Positions 43,501 through 55,501 of a stretch of DNA of 64,000 bases are shown here, in pieces. The stretch is from Macrostomum lignano (taxonomy: Eukaryota), in assembly GCA_002269645.1 (NCBI GenBank), contig NIVC01001611.1:62001-126000 (forward strand), written 5' to 3'. Under the pieces are notes generated by a model that saw only the letters and a program-made list of their open reading frames with translations, was not told where the DNA came from and ran no database searches. Every line of letters starts with the position of its first letter. Within the stretch, counting starts at the first letter, position 1. The position numbers and the translations under genes were made by a program.

Positions 43501-46500
43501 CATTAAGCACACCTAAATCGGTCATTAAGCACACCTAAATCGGTCATTAAGCACACCTAAATCCGTCATTAAGCACACCTAAATCCGTCATTAAGCACAC
43601 CTAAATCCGCTCTTTTGAGCACACTTAAATTCGTCCCGTTTGAGCACACTTATGTCCGCTCTTTTGAGCACACTTAAATCCGCTCTTTTGAGCACACTTG
43701 ATAAATCCGCCTTTTTGAGCACACTTAAATCCACCCTTTTGAGGACACTTAATAAATCTGTCGTTATGAGCACACCTAAATCCGCCCTTCTGAGCACACC
43801 TAAATCCGCCCTTCTGAGCACACTTAAATCGGTCATTAAGCACACCTAAAACCGTCATTAAGCACACCTAAATCGGTCATTAAGCACACCAAAATCCGTC
43901 ATTAAGCACACCTAAATCGGTCATTAAGCACACTTAAATCCGTCATTAAGCACACCTAAATCGGTCATTAAGCACACCTAAATCCGTCATTAAGCACACC
44001 TAAATCGGTCATTAAGCACACCTAAATCCGTCATTAAGCACACCTAAATCCGTCATTAAGCACACCTAAATCCGTCATTAAGCACACCTAAATCCGTAAT
44101 ACCTAAACACTTAAAAATTAGGAAAACAAAGACGAAGACGACGACGACGAATCGAACGCCATCAACGGCGAGACCGCTCTTGACCGGCTGTGCTGCGGCC
44201 TTGGCGGCAAAGCTATGCTGCCGCACATTCTCGAACTGGTGCCGCACATGCTGCGCAGTCCAACTTGGCAGCACAGGCACGCCGCTCTGATGGCCGTGTC
44301 AGCCTGCGGCGAAGGCTGCCACGCCCAGATGGAGAGCATGCTGGACAACGTACTGGTCGCCGTGCTGCCATTCTTTCAAGATCCCCATCCGAGAGTTCGC
44401 TACGCCTGTTGCAACGCTGTTGGCCAGATGTGCACCGATTTTGGCAAAATCATGCCAAAAAAATTTCACGCGCAAATTGTACCGAATCTGCTCAGACTGT
44501 TTGATGACTATGCTAATCCGCGGGTTCAGGTTGGTGTTTGAGTTTTTATTGTGCCACAAAAAACATCGCATCTAGCTTTAAAGAATCGCTTCTATAACAA
44601 AAAAATCGCCTCTACCTCTAAAGAATCCGCTTTTATCCCTAAAGAATCGCCTCTACCCCTAACGAATCGCCTCTGTCCCTAAAGAATCGCCTCTACCCCT
44701 AAAGAATCGCCTCTGTCCCTAAAGAATCGCCTCTGTCCCTAAAGAATCGCCTCTACCCCTAAAGAATCGCCTCTACCCCTAAAGAATCGCCTCTATCCCT
44801 AACGAATCGCCTCTGTCCCTAAAGAATCGCCTCTACCCCTAAAGAATCGCCTCTACCCCTAAAGAATCGCCTCTACCCCTAAAGAATCGCCTCTACCCCT
44901 AAAGAATCGCCTCTACCCCTAAAGAATCGCCTCTACCCCTAAAGAATCGCCTCTACCCCTAAAGAATCGCCTCTACCCCTAAAGAATCGCCTCTACCCCT
45001 AAAGAATCGCCTCTACCCCTAAAGAATCGCCTCTACCCCTAAAGAATCGCCTCTACCCCTAAAGAATCGCCTCTACCCCTAAAGAATCGCCTCTATCCCT
45101 AAAGAATCGCCTCTACCCCTAAAGAATCGCCTCTACCCCTAAAGAATCGCCTCTACCCCTAAAGAATCGCCTCTATCCCTAAAGAATCGCCTCTACCCCT
45201 AAATAATCGCCTCTATCCCTAAATAATCGCCTCTATCCCTAACGAATCGCCCCTATTCCTAAAGAATCGCCTCTATCCCTAAATAATCGCTTCTATCCCC
45301 AAAGAATCGCCTCTATCCCTAAAGAATCGCCTCTATATCTATAGAAACGCTTCAGCCTTTAAGACAATCGTCTCGACCCCGATATTATCGGATAGAATTA
45401 CAAAAAAAATCAGAAGAAGCCAGGCTCTATAAAATCAGCTAAATTACTCCGCCATCTTCACCCCAACCAAACAGGTACACGCCTGCGCAGCCATGGTAAA
45501 CTTCAGCGAAAGCTGTCCAAAATCCATTCTAACAATCTACTTGGACAGCCTAATTAGCAAGCTGGAACAAATTCTAAGCACCAAGTTCCAGGAGCTGGTG
45601 CAGAAAGGCAACAAAATGGTTATTGAACAGGTTGTCACTACTCTGGCCTCGGTTGCCGATACAGCCGAGGAAAAATTCATCCAGTACTACGACAAGTTCA
45701 TGCCCTGTCTAAAGTACATCATGGAAAATGCCGTACAGAAAGAGCTGAGCCTGCTACGCGGCAAAACTATCGAGTGCATCTCGCTGATTGGCCTGGCTGT
45801 TGGTAAAGAGAAATTCCTTGCCGACGCGTCTGCTGTTATGCAAATGCTGCTCAGGACTCAAACTGATCATCCACTGGCTGAGGACGATCCTCAGGTGCGA
45901 ATCTACTTTTGTTTTCTATTATAGTTCTCTTTAAAGATAAATTTCTTTCTTTCATCCACCTATCTAGTGACATTTCTATCCCATAAAATGGCACTCCTAG
46001 TGGTACCTGTGTAGGCTATAAAATGGCACTTCTAATGGCACCTGTGTAGGCTATGAAATGGCACTTCTAATGGCACCTGTGTAGGCTATGAAATGGCACT
46101 TCTAGTGGCACCTGTGTAGGCTATGAAATGGCACTTTTATTGGCACCTGTGTGGTCCATAACTAGCACTTTCAGTGACGTCATTCTAGCCTCTAAAATTA
46201 CTGCCTCTACTAGCGTCTGTCTCGCGCCTAAAAGGTCACTTCTAATGGTGTCCTCTAGTGGCATTCATATAGCGTCGAAATGACACTTCTCATAGTCATT
46301 CTCCCGGCCCACCTCGCCGCCGCAGATGACCTATATGATTTCGGCCTGGGCTCGTATGTGCAAAATCATGGGTCGCGAGTTCGAGCCCTACCTACCCCTA
46401 GTAATGGGCCCGGTAATGAAAGCGGCGGAGATCAAGCCCGAAGTGTGCATCATGGACTCCGAGGAGGTGCAGAACGCCGAGCAGGATCCCGAATGGCAAT

Positions 46501-49287
46501 TTATTAAGCTGGCCGACGAGCAGAACTTTGCCATCAAGACTAGCGGCCTGGAGGACAAGGCCAACGCCTGTCAGATGCTTGTCTGCTACGCCAGAGAGCT
46601 GCGCGAAGCTTTCGCTCCCTACACGGAGCAGGTGGCTCAGCTGATGGTGCCGCTGCTGAAGTTCTACTTTCACGACGAGGTTCGTTCGGCCGCTTGCGAA
46701 TCGCTGCCGCATCTGCTGGAGTGCGCCAGGTCGCAGGGTGAGTAACCTGCGAATGGTAGTAGTTTATACCTACTATAATATCCATCCTGATCCTTGATCC
46801 TCTTCCTCATCCTAGATCCCATTCTGATCCTAGATCCTCACGTCACTCTGCTCCTAGATCCCCCACTCTGCTCTTAGATTTCCATTCTGCTCCTAGATCC
46901 CCAATCCTGATCATGGATCCCCATCCTGATCCTTGATCCTCTTCCTGATCCTAGATCCCCATTCTGATCCTAAATCCCCACTCTGGTCCTAGATCCCCAT
47001 TCTTATCCTAAATCCCCACTCTGGTCCTAGATCCCCATTCTGATCCTAAATCCCCACTCTGGTCCTAGATCCCCATTCTGATCCTAAATCCCCACTCTGA
47101 TCCTAAATCCCCACTCTGATCCTAGATCCCTATTCTGATCCTTAATCCCCACTCGTCCTAGATCCCCATTCTGATCCTAAATCCCCACTCTGGTCCTAGA
47201 TCCCCATTCTTATCCTAAATCCCCACTCTGGTCCTAGAACCCCATTCTGGTCGGCCTAGATCCCCATTCTGATCCTAAATCCCCACTCTGGTCCTAGATC
47301 CCATTCTGATCCTAAATCCCCACTCTGGTCCTAGAACCCCATTCCACCTAATTCCCCATTCTGATCCTAGATCCCCATCCTCATAACCCAGATCACCCCT
47401 ATACAATTCCATAAACCAATGCTCCATCATATTGACCACAGTGAATCCCCATTCCGCAAGTCGCAGGCACAGCAACAATGAACCCTATTGACTTACTCAT
47501 CCCCTCTCAGGCCCCACCTTCCTCGGCAACCTGTGGGGCTACATTCGGCCGAGTCTGATTGCCGCAATCGGTGATGAGCCCGAGCCCGAAGTTCAAGCCG
47601 ACGGCCTGAGCAGCCTAGCTCAGTGCATCGAAGCCATGGGAGCAGGCTGTCTAGCGGACAGCATGGACCCCTGTCTCGAACTCCTTGAGAAGCTGCTCAA
47701 TTCTCATTTTGAGAAAGCCGAAAAGCGTCAGGCCGCTCGTCAGGACGAAGATTACGACGATGTCGAAGAGGAACGACTGAAAACCGAAGGCGAAGACGAC
47801 GAATACGTACTCTCCCGCGTGGCTGACGTACTGCACTCGCTGCTCAGCGCCTACAAGCAGCAGTTCGAACCGCAACTGCAGCGTCTGCTACCGCTAATTG
47901 CTAAACTATTGGACGAGAGCCGCTCCTGGCTAGATTGGCAATGGGGTGTATGCATCTTTGACGACGTTATTGAGCACCTGGGACCGGCTAGCTTTCGCTA
48001 TCAGGAGGTCAGATTCTTTATTATTTGTTAATTAATAGGTGGAAGCGAAAATACATTGTCGTATTTAACAATGAGCTGAAACCAGTTAGGTTACCAAAAA
48101 ACGGGACTTACAACTTGATATAAGTGAGCCCACACCAGAGTGACCCCAGTCTAACTAGAGTGACCCCAGTCCAACTAGAGTGACCCCAGTCTAACTAGAG
48201 TGACCCCAGTCCAACTAGAGTGACCCCAGTCCAACTAGAGTGACACCAGTCCAACTAGAGTGACCCCAGTCCAACTAGAGTGACACCAGTCCAACTAGAG
48301 TGACCCCAGTCCAACTAGAGTGACACCAGTCCAACTAGAGTGACCCCATTCCAACTAGAGTGACTCCAGTTCAACTAGAGTGACTCCAGTCCAACTAGAG
48401 TGACACCAGTTCAATTAGAGTGACACCAGTCCAACTAGAGTGACACCAGTCCAACTAGAGTGACCCCAGTCCAACTAGAGTGACCCCCGTCTAACTAGAG
48501 TGACACCAGTTCAACTAGAGTGACACCAGTCCAACTAGAGTGACACCAGTCCAACTAGAGTGACCCCAGTCCAACTAGAGTGACTCCAGTCCAACTAGAG
48601 TGACTCCAGTCCAACTAGAGTGACACCAGTTCAACTAGAGTGACACCAGTTCAACTAGAGTGACACCAGTCCAACTAGAGTGACTCCAGTCCAACTAGAG
48701 TGACTCCAGTCCAACTAGAGTGACTCCAGTCCAACTAGAGTGACCCCAGTCCAACTAGAGTGACACCAGTCTAACTAGAGTGATACCAGTTCAACTAGAG
48801 TGACCCCAAATTAAAAAAGTGGCCTCAATACAAAAAAGTGACTCCAGGAGTGACCTCTATCAATCTACTGTCGTATCGCTTCACCCGCCCGCCCAGGTGT
48901 TCCTGCCTCGCCTGGTATCCTCGGCGGTGCACAAAGAGCCCGACCTCCGGCAAGCCGCCCTGTACGGCCTCGGCGTTGCCGCTCAGTTTGGCGGGCCGCA
49001 GTACCACCCGACCCTCAGCCAGATGATGCCGTTCCTGGTACAGCTGATCGCAGCCCCAGACTCGCGCAACGAGGACAATGTCAGCTGCACGGAGAATGCC
49101 ATTGCTGCGGCTACGAAAATTCTCAAGCACTGCCCGGCTGAGGTGGCCGGACAGCCGCCTGAACAGATTCTGCCAATGTGGCTGAGCTGGCTGCCAGTGT
49201 CCGAGGACAGGGAGGAGACTGAGCACGTCTATGGCTTCCTGTGCGACCTCATTGAGGGGTGCCCTGTCCAGCTGACTTGACACAGAA

Positions 49288-49359
<72 letters not shown>

Positions 49360-50435
49360 TGACTGACTGACTGACTGACTGACTGACTGACTGACTGACT
49401 GACTGACTGACTGACTGACTGACTGACTGACTGACTGACTGACTGACTGACTGACTGACTGACTGACTGACTGACTGACTGACTGACTGACTGACTGACT
49501 GACTGACTGACTGACTGACTGACTGACTGACTGACTGACTGACTGACTGACTGACTGACTGACTGACTGACTGACTGACTGACTGACTGACTGACTGACT
49601 GACTGACTGACTGACTGACTGACTGACTGACTGACTGACTGACTGACTGACTGACTGACTGACTGACTGACTGACTGACTGACTGACTGACTGACTGACT
49701 GACTGACTGACTGACTGACTGACTGACTGACTGACTGACTGACTGACTGACTGACTGACTGACTGACTGACTGACTTGAGTTGAGTGGGTGGGCGACTGA
49801 CTGACTGACCGACAAACACTGACATTCACTGAGACAGACACTTAGACAGACACTTAGACAGACACTTAGACAGACACTTAGACAGACACTTAGACAGACA
49901 CTTAGACAGTCACTGAGACAGACACTGGGGCAGACACTGAGACAGTCACTGAGACAGACACTGAGACAGACACTGGGGCAGACACTGGGGCAGACACTGA
50001 GACAGACACTTAGACAGACACTAAGACAGACACTGAGACAGAAAGACAGACTCGTACCGATCGATATCTAAACAGTCTAAAATAGACAAGTACAACAAGC
50101 GGAACGGTTTAATATTGAATTTATTGATTTAGAAACAAAGAAAACGTAGAAAACGCCAGCTTTACAGATAAAACAACAACGCTGCACCGCCTTACCTCTT
50201 CCGCAGCAACGACCCTAACATCCTGGGCCCCAACAATCAGAACGTGCCCCGCATTCTGGCCATCATTGGCGAGTGCCTGTACCGCGAGGCCCTAGACGAG
50301 GACAAGCCAACAGCGGCCCGTATCGTGGCCATTGCCCGCCAAGTCTTGGCTAATCCTGAGGCTGTGAAAGCCTGCTGGCCGCAGCTCACCGAGCAGCAAC
50401 AGGCGGCGCTGCAGAGTCGGGTAGCTTCTCAGTAA
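34415..50435 (+). CDS. IPO5: Importin-5 / karyopherin beta-3 (RanBP5), complete, 9 exons, 1120 aa
   Basis: Exons 34415-34528, 41458-41856, 42244-42765, 44122-44529, 45475-45894, 46326-46737, 47511-48007, 48897-49258, 50207-50435; total 3363 nt, all phases consistent. Motifs: [92 protein letters not shown]. Confidence 0.96.
35228..38056. mobile_element. Non-autonomous CMC/EnSpm-like DNA transposon (2.8 kb) in IPO5 intron 1
   Basis: Imperfect ~32-bp TIRs: left cctacataaccaaaaatattgcctcaatat, right (reverse complement) cccacataaccaaaaaattgccttgatatt. 2-bp AA duplication on both sides, subterminal attgcc/ggcaat repeats, internal DUF4806-like pseudogene. Confidence 0.7.
35665..37349 (-). pseudogene. 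Decayed spliced DUF4806-family (transposon accessory) gene
   Basis: Exon 37148-37349 reads MYLVIEF...AW...*CLWP...P.ETW. The next exon starts at 37068 ([11 protein letters not shown], Ala/Ser repeat). The last exon 35665-35943 reads [37 protein letters not shown]...I*LALK...VNSGIK. Several in-frame TAG/TGA stops. Family assigned by recalled motif resemblance, not by a search. Confidence 0.65.
41458..41856 (+). CDS. IPO5: IPO5 exon 2
   Basis: [11 protein letters not shown]...AVLLRRL...WPEF...LHLLAQ. Confidence 0.93.
42005..42190. repeat. Intronic minisatellite, 20-bp unit
   Basis: agaatcgcccaaacccttca. Confidence 0.95.
42244..42765 (+). CDS. IPO5: IPO5 exon 3
   Basis: VPSAF...[13 protein letters not shown]...[11 protein letters not shown]. 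Confidence 0.94.
42800..44105. repeat. Composite intronic minisatellite, 22-23-bp units in alternating blocks
   Basis: aaatcggtcattaagcacacct alternating with aaatccgc(c/t)cttttgagcacactt. Confidence 0.95.
44122..44529 (+). CDS. IPO5: IPO5 exon 4
   Basis: [20 protein letters not shown]...[14 protein letters not shown]...NPRVQ. Confidence 0.95.
44575..45340. repeat. Intronic minisatellite, 20-bp unit
   Basis: aaagaatcgcctctacccct. Confidence 0.96.
45475..45894 (+). CDS. IPO5: IPO5 exon 5
   Basis: [10 protein letters not shown]...[14 protein letters not shown]...EDDPQ. Confidence 0.95.
45985..46155. repeat. Intronic minisatellite, 35-bp unit
   Basis: gtaggctatgaaatggcacttcta(a/g)tggcacctgt. 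Confidence 0.9.
46326..46737 (+). CDS. IPO5: IPO5 exon 6
   Basis: [13 protein letters not shown]...[11 protein letters not shown]. Confidence 0.95.
46780..47385. repeat. Intronic minisatellite, ~19-bp unit
   Basis: ctgatcctagatccccatt / ctgatcctaaatccccact. Confidence 0.93.
47511..48007 (+). CDS. IPO5: IPO5 exon 7
   Basis: PTFLGNLW...QDEDYDD...CIFDDVIEH. Confidence 0.94.
48140..48807. repeat. Intronic minisatellite, 20-bp unit
   Basis: tgaccccagtccaactagag. Confidence 0.96.
48897..49258 (+). CDS. IPO5: IPO5 exon 8
   Basis: VFLPRL...RQAALYGLG...[13 protein letters not shown]...CDLIE; weak donor GTGCCC. Confidence 0.92.
49289..50045. repeat. Compound (GACA)17-(GACT)~104 microsatellite followed by a 12-bp gacagacact(ta/ga) array
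   Basis: Directly visible in IPO5 intron 8. Confidence 0.96.
50207..50435 (+). CDS. IPO5: IPO5 exon 9 (terminal)
   Basis: [17 protein letters not shown]...[13 protein letters not shown]; AATAAA at 50445-50450. Confidence 0.93.
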
Positions 50436-50594
50436 AACAACAATAATAAAGCGTAAAGTATCTTATCTTATTCGTTCAAGCACAGACTCAAAATTTAGTT
50501 GCGACTTGTGCATCACTGATTGATTAAATTCAACTATGTATTGTAGCTTACCAGTTTTGTTTCAATTGATTGGGGTGTCTTGATCACTAAGCCT

Positions 50595-51390
50595 TCTATC
50601 TCCAAGCCTCACATCCCCAAGCTTCAAATCTCAAAGCTTCAAATCCCCAAGCTTCAAATCCTCAAGCTTCAAATCCCCAAGCTTCAAATCCCCAAGCTTC
50701 AAATCCCCAAGCTTCAAATCCCCAAGCCTAATATCTCCAAGCTTCAAATCCTCAAGCTTAAAATCCTCAAGCTTTAACTCCCCAAGCTTAAAATCCTCAA
50801 GCTTAAAATCCCCAAGCCTAATATCTCCAAGCTTTAAATCCTCAAGCTTCAAATCCCCAAGCCTAATATCTCCAAGCTTCAAATTCTCAAGCTTCAAATC
50901 CCCAAGCTTTAAATCCCCAAGCTTAAAATCCTCAAGCTTAAAATCCCCAAGCCTAATATCTCCAAGCTTTAAATCCTCAAGCTTCAAATCCCCAAGCCTA
51001 ATATCTCCAAGCTTCAAATTCTCAAGCTTCAAATCCCCAAGCTTTAAATCCCCAAGCTTCAAATCCCTAGCTTCAAATCCCCAAGCTTCAAATCCCAAGC
51101 TTCAAATTCCCAAGCTTCAAATCCCCAGCTTCAAATTCTCAAGCTTCAAATCCCCAAGCTTCAAATCCCCAAGCTTCAAATCCCTAGCTTCAAATCCCCA
51201 AGCTTCAAATCCCAAGCTTCAAATTCCCAAGCTTCAAATCCCCAGCTTCAAATTCTCAAGCTTCAAATCCCCAAGCTTCAAATCCCCAAGCTTCAAATCC
51301 CTAGCTTCAAATCCCCAAGCTTCAAATCCCAAGCTTCAAATTCCCAAGCTTCAAATCCCCAGCTTCAAATCTTCAAGCTTCAAATCCCAG
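50595..51390. repeat. Intergenic minisatellite, 15-bp unit
   Basis: caagcttcaaatccc. Confidence 0.95.
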
Positions 51391-51961
51391 GAAATTCCAA
51401 CCATAGCAACGTGTGGAGCACCCCTGAGAATAGCCCTATTAGTTGTTTCCAAATCGGTTCAATCTGCGGGAAAGTTAAAACAAAACTGTTAAAGCAAGAA
51501 AACCCGGAATTTAATGCCTGCGTTTCAGTGAAACTTGTTTTTGCTTTTTTTAATTAAACGTCCGGTTGCCACTCATGACTCGCCAGTGTTTGGGAGAAAC
51601 GCAATCCGCTCTACTGTGCCTACTATTCAGTAATAGTAGTAATATAGTAGTTCAGGCTTGCGTTTTTTATTTTTAATTTCTCACGCAACTGGCGACGAAT
51701 CTATATTTGGCAATTAAAAATCTATTGTTAACCACCTGACCTGTATAATGACTGTGCACCAATCTTTTGTTGTTGTTGCAAATGTTCTCTGGCGCTTTAT
51801 CTACGTTTAGTAATTGGGTATGTTTTTAAGGCTGCAATTTTCTTCTGATAAAATACTAGTAATTATCCGCTACTACTGATAGTACAAATCGACGGAATTA
51901 TATTATTTTTTCAACATGTCTGTCTGTCTGCGGCTCCGCGTGTTGCCTGCGCCGCTTTTTG

Positions 51962-52500
51962 TGTGCGTCTTCATGTGCATGTGTCTCTTCAAAAGTATGT
52001 GTCTTCATGTGTGTCTTCATGTGCATGTGTCTCTTCAAAAGTATGTGTCTTCATGTGTGTCTTCATGTGCGTGTCTCTTCAAAAGTATGTAACTTCATGT
52101 GTGTCTTCATGTGCATGTGTCTTTTCAAAAGTATGTAACTTCATGTGTGTCTTCATGTGCATGTGTCTCTTCAAAAGTATGTGTCTTCATGTGTGTCTTC
52201 ATGTGCACGTGTCTCTTCAAAAGTATGTGTCTTCATGTGTGTCTTCATGTGCGTGTCTCTTCAAAAGTATGTAACTTCATGTGTGTCTTCATGTGCATGT
52301 GTCTTTTCAAAAGTATGTGTCTTCATGTGCATGTTGTCTTATGTGCCTATGCCTTCATGCGAATGTGGCTTCATGTGCATATGTCTCCAAAGTATGTCTT
52401 CATGTGCATATGTCTTCATATCCACGTTGACGTCATGTGCATGCGTCTTCATCTACATTTGTCTTCATGTGCATGTTGCCTTCGTGTGTACATGTATGTC
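51962..52500. repeat. Intergenic minisatellite, ~46-bp unit that degenerates at its 3' end
   Basis: gtgtcttcatgtgcatgtgtctcttcaaaagtatgtgtcttcatgt. Confidence 0.9.
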
Positions 52501-53294
52501 TCCTCAAACCAGATAGTCATTTTTCTTATTTTTTGTGCTTCTTTCTCGTTTGGTTCCTCCTTTAACAATAATCTAAAACTATATCGTTATGTTAATTATT
52601 TTTTAAGTTCCTTGCCATTTAACTGCAACTATAGCAAGTAAGGCTATCATATCGCCAGTGCGCTTAGAAACAACCTTTGGTTCTTAATATTTTTTGGTAA
52701 TTTATTATCACATCCGGCTTTTCATTTTCCGCCAGTTCGATTTTGTTTATTATAATATTTTCTTTTGCTTCAGTGCGTCTCTCCTTCTGACTTTCTCGAA
52801 TCGTGTTTGACTGATTGAATTTAACAAAAAAATAACTGATTCAGTTTTTAATAATTAATTATTCTATTTATTTTTAATACTAATTTTCCTGCTTTGTGGG
52901 ATAAGCAACTTCCCTGCTGAAATTGTAATAGAAAAATTGCAAGATTCAAACTAATATTAATTAAAATAACCGTGTCAGTTAACAAAACATATATATTAAC
53001 AAATATATATATTTTGTTTGCCGTTAGGAATAAATCGACACAGCAAAGCAATGATAGGCCTTTTCTGCTGCTGGACGCTCTGTGAGGAAACTGTACCAGT
53101 TTTTTAACTGTTTTGTTTGTTTATTTATTTGTTTAGTATTTAGTGTGTTTTCGTTAATAGGATTTTTAAAATTGCATCTGTTTGTAAGGCTGTAAACCTT
53201 TTATTATTCATATTTCTAAAGTTATTAGTGTATATTAAAGTCAGTAAACAGGTCAGGTTACTGTAATAGCCCTGCTCCCTTCTGTGCTCGACTT

Positions 53295-54300
53295 TGTGCT
53301 CCCCTACTCCCCACTGTGCTCCCCTACTCCCCACTGTGCTCCCCTACTCCCCACTGTGCTCCCCTACTCCCCACTGTGCTCCCCTACTCCCCACTGTGCT
53401 CCCCTACTCCCCACTGTGCTCCCCTACTCCCCACTGTGCTCCCCTACTCCCCACTGTGCTCCCCTACTCCCCACTGTGCTCCCCTACTCCCCACTGTGCT
53501 CCACTACTCCCTCTGTGATCCCCTACTCCCTCTGTGCTCCCCTACTCCCTCTGTGATCCCCTACTCCCTCTGTGATCCCCTACTCCCTCTGTGCTCCCCT
53601 ACTCCCTCTGTGCTCCCCTACTCCCTCTGTGCTCCCCTACTCCCTCTGTGCTCCTCTACTCCCCACTGTGCTCCCCTACTCCCCTCTGTGATCCCCTACT
53701 CCCTCTGTGCTCCCCTACTCCATCTGTGATCCCCTACTCCCCACTGTGCTCCCCTACTCCCTCTGTGCTCCTCTACTCCCCTCTGTGCTCCCCTACTCCC
53801 TCTGTGCTCCCCTACTCCCTCTGTGATCCCCTACTCCCTCTGTGCTCCCCTACTCCCTCTGTGATCCCCTACTCCCTCTGTGCTCCCCTACTCCCTCTGT
53901 GATCCCCTACTCCCTCTGTGCTCCCCTACTCCCTCTGTGATCCCCTACTCCCTCTGTGATCCCCTACTCCCTCTGTGATCCCCTACTCCCTCTGTGCTCC
54001 CCTACTCCCTCTGTGCTCCTCTACTCCCCACTGTGCTCCCCTACTCCCTCTGTGCTCCTCTACTCCCCACTGTGCTCCCCTACTCCCCTCTGTGATCCCT
54101 ACTCCCTCTGTGCTCCCCTACTCCCTCTGTGATCCCCTACTCCCCACTGTGCTCCCCTACTCCCTCTGTGCTCCTCTACTCCCCTCTGTGCTCCCCTACT
54201 CCCTCTGTGCTCCCCTACTCCCTCTGTGATCCCCTACTCCCTCTGTGCTCCCCTACTCCCTCTGTGCTCCCCTACTCCCTCTGTGATCCCCTACTCCCCC
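53295..54300. repeat. C-rich minisatellite, 19-20-bp unit (G-run array on the minus strand)
   Basis: cccctactcccc(a/t)ctgtgct. Confidence 0.96.
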
Positions 54301-54322
54301 CAAGAGTTTGTTCAACTGTTGC

Positions 54323-55501
54323 TCAACACTCGTCAAGCAGCGGCCTGAGCTCCGCAAAGGTGTGCCTACGCTTCGTTAGCGCTCGTTTAACCTTGTCAAG
54401 ATCGGTGCTGCCACCGCCGCTGTTGACAGACTCGAATCCCGTAGTTGGCCTGCTACTGTCGCTGCCCAGAACACTGTCGGATTTGTCTGGATTAGCCAGC
54501 TGCCAGACAGCCATTTCAACTCGTTGCACGTCGCTGTAGTCTCGAACGGCAACGTACGAGCCTCTTAGTTTCAGTCCGAATCTGACCAGCTCAAGTTTGG
54601 GCTCGTTTTTGTTAAACGACACTAGCCAACGGTTGTCCATAGCTCGCAGATTTAGTTGGCTGGCTAGCGGCAAGAACTGCACGTTGGTGATTTTGTACTG
54701 CCCAGATAGTTGCTCTAGTTTGGTCTCGATTGAGGCTTTCACTTCCGCGTGGGTCAGCGATGTTCCTTTGTTGTGAATTTGGTTTAATCTGTTTATTGAT
54801 TGCAGTGCTTTTGTATTTTTGTATCACGACTCCTTGGTTCGATTCCGTGGGCGAACACATTTTCATTTGGGGCTTTGGGGCACGAATATTGACCAAGGGT
54901 TGTCGTGTGATTTACACCCATGAGGGTCAACCCAAAGGCCGCTGTACACCCGTGTGAGCGTCTTTACAGGTACTACGTGCCTGTGTACAATTTGAGGACT
55001 TGCCATTTTCATTTGCGTGTATGCCATTCTATTAGAGGGGGAGTGCCATTTTCATTTGAAGGAGTGCCATTTTCATTTGAGGGAGTGCCATTTTCATTTG
55101 AGGGAGTGCCATTTTCATTTGAGGGAGTGCCATTTTCATTTGCGTGTGTGCCGTTTTATTTGAGTGAATGCCATTTTAATTGATTTGAGGCAGTACCATT
55201 TACTTTGACAGTGGATTGGGGGATATTGATCTTCAAGAGTCCAAGCAGGCCAGTGCTTGAAATTTTAGTTAAATATATGTTGGTGAGTCTTTATGTATAA
55301 GCCAGGTAAATATTTGGAAATCAACGTACCCGGAAAGTTGAAGCAGACAGTAAATGGCAGAGCAATAAATTTGGGTAAATTCTTAGTGTGCCGATTGTAC
55401 ACTGGCCGAATCATGCGCTTCATTCCGGCGTCCTCTTGCACCATCTTGCCCGTGTGACCTCTCAGACGGGGCAGCATGCTTTGCACCTTGTAGGGATCCA
55501 T
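54323..55501 (-). CDS. Putative 2-exon uncharacterised protein (204 aa) with an RRM-like fold reminiscent of ZCCHC3 / LINE ORF1-type domains
   Basis: ORF 55501-55330 ends ...TVCFNFP-G|GTACGT. An in-phase acceptor at 54766 gives GTSLTHAEVKASI...KITNVQF...NRWLVSFNKNEPKLELVRFGLKLRGSYVAVRDY...*. The splice model is inferred, and the acceptor (caaag) is weak. Confidence 0.5.
55030..55160. repeat. Short 21-bp tandem array
   Basis: gagggagtgccattttcattt. Confidence 0.9.

Noticed and set aside
48825-49841. 338-aa SQSV-repeat ORF on the minus strand
   Set aside because: Microsatellite translation plus the antisense of IPO5 exon 8.
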